NCBI GenBank assembly: GCA_017452445.1
Contig: JAFTMH010000004.1
Coordinates: 200,385-264,384, forward strand
Origin: Clostridia bacterium
GTDB lineage: Bacteria; Bacillota; Clostridia; Christensenellales; UBA1242
Length of the DNA: 64,000 nucleotides
Direction of reading: 5' to 3'
Under the pieces are notes generated by a model that saw only the letters and a program-made list of their open reading frames with translations, searched no databases and was not told the origin of the DNA. Below are positions 1-8,457 of this stretch, in pieces. Both the position numbers and the translations under genes were made by a program. Position 1 is the first letter of the stretch, and each line of letters begins with the position of its first letter.

Positions 1-54
1 CTCTTGCATCTTTCTTTTCTGCCATAAAATTCAACCCCTATAAATTTAGATTGC

Positions 55-699
55 TTATTTTGTTTCTTCTTTTGGTTCGTCTTTGAAAACTTGTCTATTT
101 CCAACAATATACTTGATTCCAGAAATGATTGTCAAAATCACTGTGATTGCCAAGAATACATATCCAACAATACCCAAAACTGTGTTTGCTGTGCCAGCAA
201 TTGCATAGTAGAATTCTTCTACGATGAAGGCATAAACAAAGTAGTAGATAAGTGTGATAAATTGGAAAACAGCCTTAACTTTGCCATACATATCAGCAGC
301 AAGAACAAGTTTTTTTGTTGCTGCGATTTGACGGAAAGCACTAACTACAAATTCTCTAGCCAAAATGATAACAACGGCAACAATGCCAACCCAACTTGGT
401 CCAAGGATTGGTTGTGCTGGGTTTACGCCACCATTTGCTGTGATTGGGCAAGCGATTGCCACGATAAGTCCGGCCATAACCAAAACTTTGTCTGCGATTG
501 GGTCCAAAAATTTGCCCATGTTTGTCACAAGACCACGCTTTCTAGCGATGTTTCCATCCAAAAAGTCTGTAAAGCAAGCAGTAGCAAACAAGAATGCTGC
601 GATCAACTTTCCGTATGGGACAAAATCTGCAAGAAAGAAGAACACAAACAATGGTATCAAGCAGATTCTGCACAATGTAATTTTATTTGGAAGATTCAT
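55..699 (-). CDS. pgsA: CDP-diacylglycerol--glycerol-3-phosphate 3-phosphatidyltransferase
   Basis: ORF 55..768 trimmed to ATG 699 (AAGGGG SD about 7 nt upstream). CDP-alcohol phosphatidyltransferase motif DGNIARKRGLVTNMGKFLDPIADK is present. Multi-TM protein. Overlaps the rimO stop, the usual rimO-pgsA arrangement. Confidence 0.9.
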   Translation of the reverse strand: MNLPNKITLCRICLIPLFVFFFLADFVPYGKLIAAFLFATACFTDFLDGNIARKRGLVTNMGKFLDPIADKVLVMAGLIVAIACPITANGGVNPAQPILGPSWVGIVAVVIILAREFVVSAFRQIAATKKLVLAADMYGKVKAVFQFITLIYYFVYAFIVEEFYYAIAGTANTVLGIVGYVFLAITVILTIISGIKYIVGNRQVFKDEPKEETK

Positions 700-2017
700 A
701 ATACACCCCTTTATAATTTTCACCATCAAAGCCAACAAATTGGACATCAACAAATTTGCCGGTTTCAATATTTATATTATCTTCAATTTCAACAGCAAAG
801 TCAACTGTTGGAGATAAAAATTCTGAATGACCTACATAAATTCCTCTGTTTTCATCAAAATAGTCAATCAGCACTTTAAAGACCTTGCCCATATTCTCTT
901 TCGCCTTCTCAAAAACAATGCCAGCTTGAAGTTTTTTGATCTTCTTAAATCTTCGTTGTTTTGTCCAATTTGACAATTGTTTTTTCATGTAAAAACTTGG
1001 TGTGTTTTCTTCTTTATAGAAAGGAAAGAACCCAGCATAATCAAATTTTGTTTCTTTGCAGAAATCGCAAAGTTTTTTGAAATCCTCTTTAGTTTCGCCC
1101 GGATATCCCACAATAAAAGTTGTCCTGATTGCAATTTGAGGATATTCTGTCTTTATTTTTTCGACCAACTCTCTTGTTTTTTCTTCGTTGAGTCGTCTTC
1201 TCATGCTTGCCAAAATCTTTCTGTCGATGTGTTGCAACGGCATGTCCAAATATTTGCACATTTTTGGTTCTTTGACAATATAATCAAGAAGTGCCTTGCT
1301 TGTCTTTTCCGGATAAGCATAATGCAATCTTATCCATTCAATCCCCTCAATTTTTGCCAACTTTTTGCAAAGATCAATCAAACAGTTTTGTCCGTCCCAA
1401 TCCTCACCATATCTTGTGACATCTTGAGCAACAAGCACAAGTTCTTTAATGCCGTTTTGCGCAAGATATTCTGCCTCTTTGACAACAAGCTTCATATCAT
1501 AACTTTGATATCTACCCTTGATGCGAGGGATTGTGCAATAAGAGCACACATTGTTGCACCCTTCTGCAATTTTAAGGTATGCAAACGAGCCTCTGTTTGT
1601 AAAAATTCGGCCGTCATTTTTCTTTTTTGCATCTTTGTGCTTTGCCTGATAAAGTTGAGCAACAATCGCACAAACATTTTCGTTGTCTTCTGCAGTCAAA
1701 ATTGCATCGACTTCTGGAATTTCTTTTTCCAAATCTTTTTTGTATCTTTGTGCCAAGCAACCACTGACAATCACTTTTTCAATCACACCACTCGCTTTGA
1801 GATGGCACATTTCAAAAATGTTGTCAATCGCTTCTTGCCTTGCCGGTTGAATAAACGCACAAGTGTTTACAATCACAATGTCCGCTTCCTGAGGCTCTGC
1901 AACAATTTCAAGCCCCATATCTTTCAATCTGAAAAGCATTTTTTCAAGGTCAACTCTGTTTTTGTCGCACCCCAGCGAAATTGCTGACACCTTTTTATCT
2001 TTAAGTTTTTCGTCCAT
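683..2017 (-). CDS. rimO: MiaB-family radical-SAM methylthiotransferase, likely ribosomal protein S12 methylthiotransferase RimO
   Basis: 444 aa. N-terminal UPF0004-type Cys region (LGCDKN, VNTCAF), radical-SAM CNNVCSYC, TRAM-like C-terminus. ATG 2017 with AAGGA SD. RimO rather than MiaB is inferred from the ftsK-rimO-pgsA context. Confidence 0.8.
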   Translation of the reverse strand: MDEKLKDKKVSAISLGCDKNRVDLEKMLFRLKDMGLEIVAEPQEADIVIVNTCAFIQPARQEAIDNIFEMCHLKASGVIEKVIVSGCLAQRYKKDLEKEIPEVDAILTAEDNENVCAIVAQLYQAKHKDAKKKNDGRIFTNRGSFAYLKIAEGCNNVCSYCTIPRIKGRYQSYDMKLVVKEAEYLAQNGIKELVLVAQDVTRYGEDWDGQNCLIDLCKKLAKIEGIEWIRLHYAYPEKTSKALLDYIVKEPKMCKYLDMPLQHIDRKILASMRRRLNEEKTRELVEKIKTEYPQIAIRTTFIVGYPGETKEDFKKLCDFCKETKFDYAGFFPFYKEENTPSFYMKKQLSNWTKQRRFKKIKKLQAGIVFEKAKENMGKVFKVLIDYFDENRGIYVGHSEFLSPTVDFAVEIEDNINIETGKFVDVQFVGFDGENYKGVYYESSK

Positions 2018-2033
2018 ATTTTTCCTTTAAGTG

Positions 2034-4961
2034 TTAAAAATCTGAGCCAAACAATTGTTCAAACTCTTCCATAGTAAGAAATACTTTTCTTCCCTTTGCG
2101 CCATCACTGACAGACACATAGCCTGCATTTTCCATTTGGTCAAGCATCATTGCTGCCCTTGGATAACCAACACCAAACTTTCTTCTGATCATGGTCGCAG
2201 AAGCAGTACCTGTTTCGATACACATTTTCAAAACTTGTGGCAAAAGTTCGTCCATCTTGTTTTCTGCCCTGTCATCATTTTTGCTAAACTTGTTTGGATT
2301 TGTTATCTTTTCCTGAATTGATTTGTCAAAAACAGGTTTGTTGTTGTCTCTTACATAGTCAACAATGTTGCTGATTTCGTTTGTAGAAAGGAAACAGCCT
2401 TGCACTCTGGCAGGGTCTTTTGCCCCAATTGGGAAATAAAGCATATCGCCTCTTCCAAGCAACTTTTCTGCTCCCACTCTGTCAATGACAATCAATGAGT
2501 TCATAGTGTTTACCACAGAGAATGAAATTCTAGATGGAATGTTTGACTTGATAAGTCCTGTAACAACCTCTTTTGATGGTCTTTGTGTTGCCAAAATCAA
2601 ATGGATACCTGCTGCACGAGCTTTTTGAGCAAGTCTGACAATATTGTCTTCAACATCATGTCTTGCTGTCATCATAAGGTCTGCAAGTTCGTCAATAATG
2701 ATAACCAAAAATGGCATCTTTCTTATCTTGCCATCAAGCACATCTTGAGTGGTGTTGTATTCGTCAATGTTTCTTACTCTTGCGTGAGTGAGCATATCAT
2801 ATCTGCGTTCCATTTCTTCAACAGCCCAACCAAGAGCATTTGCTGCAACTTGAGGATCGTTGATGATTTGTGGCATAATCAAATGTGGCAATGCTTCATA
2901 AATTGCAAACTCAACCCTCTTAGGGTCAATAAGCATAATCTTTACATCTTCTGGCGAAGCTTTGTAAATAATGCTCATGATGATTGCATTAAGGCACACA
3001 CTCTTTCCTGAGTTTGTTGCACCTGCAACCAAAAGGTGAGTAAGTTTTTGCATGTTGCAACATACTGTTTCGCCTGTAAGATCTTTTCCTATTGCAAAAG
3101 TGAGTGGCGATCTTGCTTCAACAAATTGTCTTGAATTTAAGATATCTTTAAGGGAAACAGTTGCAATTGCTTTGTTTGGGATTTCAATGCCCACACAACT
3201 CTTTCCTGGCACTGGTGCTTCAATTCTGATTGCACCTTCTGCAGCAAGCGCATAAGCAATGTCATCAACACGATTTTTAATTTTGCTTACCGGCACCCCT
3301 TGTGGCATTTCAAGTTCGTATCTAGTTACTGCTGGTCCAACAATAACATTTTGCACTTTTGCTGGCACACCAAATTGCTCAAGTGCATTTTCCAAAAGCA
3401 CTCTCTTTTCAGCGACATCATCAGCAAGTGTCGACAAATCGACGCTTTGAGTTGTGATAAGATCAAGTGATGGTCTTTGATAATTGTACGGTTCAATCAC
3501 TTCCTCTTCTTCAGGTGTGATTGGTTGTTGTTCTCTTGCAAGCACGCCGTTTCTAGCATCAAGAGTTTCTCTTTGTCTGTTAAATTCGCCTCTTGCGTCT
3601 TTATCTTCTTGTGTGATGCTGCTTGTGCGCTCAAGCACACTGTCATTGAAACTCTTTCTTGCTCTGTCAAGATCAATATTGTTGTCTCTGTTTCCAAAAT
3701 CTCGACGCTCAAAATCTCTTCTTCCAAGTGCCCCCGTGTTGTCACGGTCTGGCAAAGAATTGATAACATTCATTTCAGGATTGTTTTCGGCAAACATTTC
3801 AGGATTTTCTGCTTTTTCTGCCTCAATCACTTCTTTCAAAATGCTGTCAGCCTCTTCAACCAACTCTTCAGTGTCAACAGCCTCAAGCGAAACTGGTTGC
3901 TCAATTTCTGCCTCATTTTCTTCTGAAACAAATTGTTGTTCTGAAACTTGAGGTTTTGGTTGATTTATTCTGTCTGCCTTGTAAATATCCAAAACTTCCT
4001 TAATCTCTTGTCGTTGCGCTTGAGTTGGTTGTGGTTGAGGATCATAAGCGACAGTTTGACCTTTCAACTCTTGCACATTTTGATTTACTGAAACCGCTTC
4101 CGGAGCGCCCTTGCCTCTCAAATCTTTGAAATATTCGTCAAGGTCGATTGTTGGTGGTGTCAAAATAAGCTCTTTCAAAGTCTTTGGCTTTTCAGGTTCT
4201 GGTGGTGCTTTGGCAACTGTTGGATTTGGCAATTCTTCATCATAGCCATATGCTTTGTTTCGCTTTTTGTCCAATCCCAAAATTTGTTTTGCTGTCAATG
4301 GTTTTTGTGGTTGATCTTGTTCTTTCAAATTGCCATCAAGCACAACATTGACTTCTTCTGTCGATTGCAACTGTTTAGGCTGTTCGTCTTCTGATTGAAT
4401 TGCTGATCCGTTTTTGTCTTTGATTTGCACGGTCACAGACTCTTGTTCTTGCTTGTTTTGTCTCATGCGATTTAAACTGTCAATCAAAATTGCACCCGAA
4501 ATCACAAGTCCTAATGCAAAAATAATGTAAGCCCCAACAAGGTTTGTCATATACAAAAAGATTGTTGTAAGCGTCCCAATCAAAAATCCACCTGCAGTCC
4601 ATTTGTCAGAATAGTTTTTGCCCCAATACTTCCAAAAACTGCCAGTTTTGTTTCCCACAATGGCAAGTTGCAAAATGCACAAAAGCAGGATTATCGAAAT
4701 TATCAAACTGATGGTGTATTTTTTTGACATCACATATCTTCTGTGATTGAGAAGTGCCAACCCAACAACAAAGAAAATTATGCAAAGTGGAAATCCAAAG
4801 ACACCAAAAAGTCCAAGGAAAAATGTTTGCAACGGTTTGATAATCCCTGTCAAAAACAAAAATATAAGTGATCCAGCCCCAATAAGAGAAAATCCAACAA
4901 TTTTTCTTACATTTGGATTTGAATCCTTCTGTTTTTTTGAATTAAGTTTGTAGATTGCCAT
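2034..4961 (-). CDS. ftsK: DNA translocase FtsK/SpoIIIE
   Basis: N-terminal multi-TM region, long low-complexity Q/E/P-rich linker, motor domain with Walker A GATNSGKS and Walker B IIIDELADL, C-terminal winged-helix gamma domain. Track start 4964 is TTG; ATG 4961 has an AGGGGG SD. Confidence 0.95.
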   Translation of the reverse strand: MAIYKLNSKKQKDSNPNVRKIVGFSLIGAGSLIFLFLTGIIKPLQTFFLGLFGVFGFPLCIIFFVVGLALLNHRRYVMSKKYTISLIISIILLLCILQLAIVGNKTGSFWKYWGKNYSDKWTAGGFLIGTLTTIFLYMTNLVGAYIIFALGLVISGAILIDSLNRMRQNKQEQESVTVQIKDKNGSAIQSEDEQPKQLQSTEEVNVVLDGNLKEQDQPQKPLTAKQILGLDKKRNKAYGYDEELPNPTVAKAPPEPEKPKTLKELILTPPTIDLDEYFKDLRGKGAPEAVSVNQNVQELKGQTVAYDPQPQPTQAQRQEIKEVLDIYKADRINQPKPQVSEQQFVSEENEAEIEQPVSLEAVDTEELVEEADSILKEVIEAEKAENPEMFAENNPEMNVINSLPDRDNTGALGRRDFERRDFGNRDNNIDLDRARKSFNDSVLERTSSITQEDKDARGEFNRQRETLDARNGVLAREQQPITPEEEEVIEPYNYQRPSLDLITTQSVDLSTLADDVAEKRVLLENALEQFGVPAKVQNVIVGPAVTRYELEMPQGVPVSKIKNRVDDIAYALAAEGAIRIEAPVPGKSCVGIEIPNKAIATVSLKDILNSRQFVEARSPLTFAIGKDLTGETVCCNMQKLTHLLVAGATNSGKSVCLNAIIMSIIYKASPEDVKIMLIDPKRVEFAIYEALPHLIMPQIINDPQVAANALGWAVEEMERRYDMLTHARVRNIDEYNTTQDVLDGKIRKMPFLVIIIDELADLMMTARHDVEDNIVRLAQKARAAGIHLILATQRPSKEVVTGLIKSNIPSRISFSVVNTMNSLIVIDRVGAEKLLGRGDMLYFPIGAKDPARVQGCFLSTNEISNIVDYVRDNNKPVFDKSIQEKITNPNKFSKNDDRAENKMDELLPQVLKMCIETGTASATMIRRKFGVGYPRAAMMLDQMENAGYVSVSDGAKGRKVFLTMEEFEQLFGSDF

Positions 4962-5080
4962 CAAAACCCCCTACCATCATTTTTGCCACAAAGCGTGACA
5001 AAACAGGACATAGCCCTGCTATTATTACTCAGTATAACACTTAAATTATATTATACCAAACGGATTTTGCAAAATTTCTG

Positions 5081-5812
5081 TCAATTTTGTTGCAAATTTT
5101 GACTTATTGAACATAGTTCAAATCCATCTTGCTTTAATTTGACAATGATTTTTTCAAGTGCATTTTTTGTTGCCTCTGTAGGATGCATCAAAACAAAATC
5201 GCCACCCTTGCAATTATTGATTGCACGCCTGTAAATCACTTCGCTGTCTTTATCTCGCCAATCTATCGTGTCCCTTCCCTCTGTCCACATAATGGTCTTG
5301 TAACCCAAACTTTCTGCCGCACCGATTGTTGTTTGATTGTAAGACCCACTTGGTGGTGCAAACAAAGACATATCAACCCCCAAAATTGACTTTACAACAT
5401 TGTGAGTGTTTTCAATCTCTTGCAAGTTGTTTTGCATGGACAGTTTTTTGTGTTCTTTGTGATTGTAGCCATGATTTGCAATTTCATGCCCTGCTTGATA
5501 AATTTTTTTAAGCATTTCACTCTCTTTGACAGCCCACACACCACCAACAAAAAAAGTGGTTGTGATGTCGTATTTTTCAAAAATTTCAAGCATAGGTTCG
5601 ATATACTCTGTCCCCCAATAAACGTTGACCATAAGTGTCACCTTGTTTGAAGTTTTGTCACCACAAAAAAACACCCCTTGGTTTGCGCTTGTTGTTTTGA
5701 CAAATTGCACCCCACAAAAAGCACAAAGCGACACCGAAACCAACATCAAAGCAATCACAAAATTTGTTGCAAAACATCTCAAATTAAACGAAACAATTTT
5801 TATCTTTTTCAT
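5081..5812 (-). CDS. polysaccharide deacetylase (NodB homology domain), membrane anchored
   Basis: NodB-type motifs TTTFFVGGVW and HGYNHKEH. N-terminal MKKIK plus a hydrophobic anchor. The track start 5872 (GTG) lies inside the upstream gene's terminator hairpin, so ATG 5812 is preferred. Confidence 0.85.
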   Translation of the reverse strand: MKKIKIVSFNLRCFATNFVIALMLVSVSLCAFCGVQFVKTTSANQGVFFCGDKTSNKVTLMVNVYWGTEYIEPMLEIFEKYDITTTFFVGGVWAVKESEMLKKIYQAGHEIANHGYNHKEHKKLSMQNNLQEIENTHNVVKSILGVDMSLFAPPSGSYNQTTIGAAESLGYKTIMWTEGRDTIDWRDKDSEVIYRRAINNCKGGDFVLMHPTEATKNALEKIIVKLKQDGFELCSISQNLQQN

Positions 5813-5859
5813 ACAACCAATATATGTCAAAAGGTTTTCATTCTTGCAAAAATTTGCAA

Positions 5860-5885
5860 CAAAAAAGCACACCCTAAGTGTGCTC
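5860..5885 (-). terminator. rho-independent terminator after the 5890-6759 gene
   Basis: Stem AGCACAC (5866-5872) pairs with GTGTGCT (5878-5884), 5-nt loop. T-run on the minus strand (A-run 5861-5866). Confidence 0.75.
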
Positions 5886-5889
5886 CTTT

Positions 5890-6759
5890 TTAGTCATCAT
5901 CTTCTTCAAAATCTTCTTCGTCTTCATCATATTCGATGTCATCTGCATCAATATCTTCTTTTGGTGCAGCAGCGCCTGCAAGATATTCGTAATAATCGTA
6001 GATTATCACATTCAAATCAGACACCAAATGTCTTGTGTTTTTAAACTTTTTAGACACATAATTAAGCCCAATAACGAGGCCGTTTATCACCATCAAATCT
6101 CTCTTTTGGCACGCTTGAATGATTGAATTTACAACAAATTCCAAATCATCAAGTGCATCAGTGCGCTTCTTTTCAAACTTCAAAATTGCCAAGATTTGAT
6201 TGCTTGTTTTTACGATTTCTTCCAACAACTTGTCAAGATATGGGAATTGTGCTTCTTCAGCACTTTTTTCTTCTTGCTTTTTGAGATATTTTTCTGCTTC
6301 AATTTGCTTTTTTATGTCTTCTACAGTGATGTCTGTGTCAAGCTCAAATGTCTTGCAAATGATATCTCTGTAAGGTTTGATAATCTTTTCCAAAAAGCAT
6401 TGCATTGGTGTCAATTTTTTGTCTTGAAAATATGTTTCCAAAAATTGATTTGCGTTGATTTGGTCATTGATAATTCCGTTGAAAATCATTGCAGAAAGTG
6501 CCAATCTTTTTGTTTCGTTTGTAGGGATTGAAACTGTCGCAACACCTGTCTTTTTGTCAACTGAAAACGCCTTGTCAAACTCGACTTCATCTTCAAAGTC
6601 TTCCAAAGCATCAGCAAGCAAATCAATGATGTCTTCGCTGTTTGTCATCACCGACAAAAACTTGTCCAATCTCTTGTTGAGGTCAAGAAACTTGCCTGTC
6701 AACATATCGTTGCAAGCCACAACAAACTTTTCTACATCTAAAATGTTTTTAGTTTCCAT
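5890..6759 (-). CDS. hypothetical protein with poly-acidic C-terminal tail
   Basis: 289-aa ORF, ATG 6759 with GAGGGGG SD, own terminator at 5860-5885. No recognisable motif. Ends ...IEYDEDEEDFEEDDD. Confidence 0.6.
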   Translation of the reverse strand: METKNILDVEKFVVACNDMLTGKFLDLNKRLDKFLSVMTNSEDIIDLLADALEDFEDEVEFDKAFSVDKKTGVATVSIPTNETKRLALSAMIFNGIINDQINANQFLETYFQDKKLTPMQCFLEKIIKPYRDIICKTFELDTDITVEDIKKQIEAEKYLKKQEEKSAEEAQFPYLDKLLEEIVKTSNQILAILKFEKKRTDALDDLEFVVNSIIQACQKRDLMVINGLVIGLNYVSKKFKNTRHLVSDLNVIIYDYYEYLAGAAAPKEDIDADDIEYDEDEEDFEEDDD

Positions 6760-6842
6760 CAAAACCCCCTCGGTGTGTTACTAGTTTATTTTAGCATATA
6801 ATCAAAAAAAAACAAATAAATTTGCAAACAAGTTGAAAAAAA

Positions 6843-6871
6843 TTGATTTTTTTGAAATGAAGTGCTATTAT
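6843..6871 (+). promoter_or_regulatory. sigma-A-type promoter for the DUF4364 gene
   Basis: TTGATT (6843-6848), 17-nt spacer, TATTAT (6866-6871). Confidence 0.55.
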
Positions 6872-6901
6872 GCATAGGTAAAACACAAAAACGGAGTAAA
6901 A

Positions 6902-7435
6902 ATGAACTATGATGCAATGACCAACAAGTTGGTTATTCTGTGGATTATGGAAAAAATGGAAATGCCACTCACAGAAAATTCAATCATCGAGATTTGTTCG
7001 GTCAAAAACAATTGGATAAACTATATGGATTGCCTTGATTTGTTGTATCAACTTTCTGAAGCAAAGCTCATCTACAAAACAGCTTGCAAAGAAGGAGAAA
7101 TGAGATACAATCTTTCAGTAGAAGGCAGAGATTGCTTGTCATATTTTTACAAAAGAGTGCCAAAAGACCTTTTGGACGAAATCGCAGAATACAGCAAAGC
7201 CAATCGCCTTTCAATCAAACAATCGCAAGAATATTATGCAAACTACACAGACGCCGAAGATGGATCATATTTGGTGACAATGCGCATTTACGAAACTATG
7301 GTTATCGAACCATTGTTTGAAATCAAAATCAAAGCACCAACCAGACAATCGGCAGAAGAAGCCTGCAAAAAGTGGAAACAAAAAGCTCCACACATTTATG
7401 AACATATTTTTGAAAACCTTATCAGCATAGATTAA
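6902..7435 (+). CDS. DUF4364-family protein (putative winged-helix regulator)
   Basis: 177 aa. N-terminus (NKLVILWIMEKMEMPLTENSIIEI...NYMDCLDLLYQLSEAKLI) and C-terminal CKKWKQKAPHIY match my recollection of the clostridial DUF4364 pattern. GGAG SD, promoter and terminator present. Confidence 0.75.
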   Translation: MNYDAMTNKLVILWIMEKMEMPLTENSIIEICSVKNNWINYMDCLDLLYQLSEAKLIYKTACKEGEMRYNLSVEGRDCLSYFYKRVPKDLLDEIAEYSKANRLSIKQSQEYYANYTDAEDGSYLVTMRIYETMVIEPLFEIKIKAPTRQSAEEACKKWKQKAPHIYEHIFENLISID

Positions 7436-7469
7436 AACCCACACAAAATTGTGTAGGTTTTATTTTTTT
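7436..7469 (+). terminator. rho-independent terminator after the DUF4364 gene
   Basis: Stem AACCCACAC (7436-7444) pairs with GTGTAGGTT (7451-7459) with one mismatch, then TTTTATTTTTTT. Confidence 0.75.
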
Positions 7470-7495
7470 ATGCCAAAAAGTGCAACAAAAAGCCC

Positions 7496-7524
7496 TTTAC
7501 ATTTTCAACTTACTTTGATATAAT
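7496..7524 (+). promoter_or_regulatory. sigma-A-type promoter for the ABC operon, with the -10 box 6 nt from the ATG
   Basis: TTTACA (7496-7501), 17-nt spacer, TATAAT (7519-7524), then AGTTGT and ATG 7531. Confidence 0.6.
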
Positions 7525-7530
7525 AGTTGT

Positions 7531-8457
7531 ATGGAAAATAATAGTGTTTTGGTTGTTAAAAATTTGTCAGTTTTGATTAAAGAGCGTTTTTTGGTTAAAA
7601 ACGCATCTTTCTCTGTCGATAAGGGACAATGCGTTGGCATTATTGGCGAAGACAAATCGGGTAAAACAAGTTTGATCAAAGCAATTGCAGGAGCATTGCC
7701 AATCACAGACGGAAGTGTTGTGCTTGATGGCGAAAATGTTTGTCCAGGTTCGCCTGCGCTCAAACACATCAGCATCTGCCTTGACCCGCCTGTTTTTTTC
7801 AAGTTTCAAACAGTGCTCAACAACATGCAATTTCTTTCAGGACTTAGCAACAACAACGACAAAGAAAAAATTATCAAAGTGCTCAACAAGTTCAACCTTG
7901 CACACAAAATCAAAGACAAGGTAAAAACACTTTCATTCTACGAAAAGAAGTTGATGGCACTTGCCTTGGCATTTTTGACAGAACCAAAACTCTTGCTTTT
8001 GGACGAACCTTTCAAAGGTCTTCCAGAAGAAAAAATTGACGAAATCAAAGCATACATCAGAGAAATCCAAGCAAAAGGCACAGCAATCATCATTTCAACA
8101 CGCAGCCTTGAAAGATTGCAAGACATGACCAATTTGTTTATGTTTATGGAAAAGAGAGCAATCACAAAAATTCTCACTTACACCCAATGCGAAACATTAA
8201 GCGACAAAACTTATGCCTTTGTTGCCGTAAAATACCCACACTATTGTGGCAAAGCAATTATGGACGAATTTCAACTCAAAGTAAAACTCTTGGACAACAA
8301 AGTGCTTTTTGAAGCCGACGAAGACACAACAGCAGAAATTGTAAGATATTTCTCTAAAAACCATATAGCAGTTTATAAGGCAGGATATTTGTCAAAGCAA
8401 TCCGAAAAGATTTTTGGCAACCTTGCTCCTTATTATAAGGAGGAAGAACAATCGTGA
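7531..8457 (+). CDS. ABC transporter ATP-binding protein with extra C-terminal domain
   Basis: Walker A GEDKSGKT, signature-like LSFYEKK, Walker B LLLLDEP. About 90 extra C-terminal residues. No SD; a -10 box lies 6 nt upstream of the ATG. GTGA overlap with the downstream permease. Confidence 0.85.
   Translation: MENNSVLVVKNLSVLIKERFLVKNASFSVDKGQCVGIIGEDKSGKTSLIKAIAGALPITDGSVVLDGENVCPGSPALKHISICLDPPVFFKFQTVLNNMQFLSGLSNNNDKEKIIKVLNKFNLAHKIKDKVKTLSFYEKKLMALALAFLTEPKLLLLDEPFKGLPEEKIDEIKAYIREIQAKGTAIIISTRSLERLQDMTNLFMFMEKRAITKILTYTQCETLSDKTYAFVAVKYPHYCGKAIMDEFQLKVKLLDNKVLFEADEDTTAEIVRYFSKNHIAVYKAGYLSKQSEKIFGNLAPYYKEEEQS

Noticed and set aside
1-24. Possible 5' end of a minus-strand gene: ATG at 24 reading MAEKKDAR..., with TAGGGG upstream.
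   Set aside because: Only 8 codons fall inside the window, which is too little to call or name. A recA or cinA-type neighbour of pgsA would be a guess.
977-1987. Long ORFs antisense to or overlapping clear genes. Examples: 91-879(+), 977-1987(+), 29797-30513(-), 40440-41063(+), 42515-43021(-), 49357-49929(+), 52788-53360(+), 63107-63589(-), 18027-18512(-), 22423-22839(-).
   Set aside because: They lie opposite or out of frame to genes with strong family motifs. Their composition is Cys/Phe/Asn-rich nonsense, they lack SD sequences, and they are expected shadow ORFs in AT-rich DNA.
5813-5872. Track N-terminal extension of the deacetylase (GTG 5872, with AAGGAG 10 nt upstream).
   Set aside because: The GTG and the apparent SD are part of the stem and flank of the upstream gene's terminator hairpin. 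MKKIK at 5812 gives a normal signal-anchor N-terminus.
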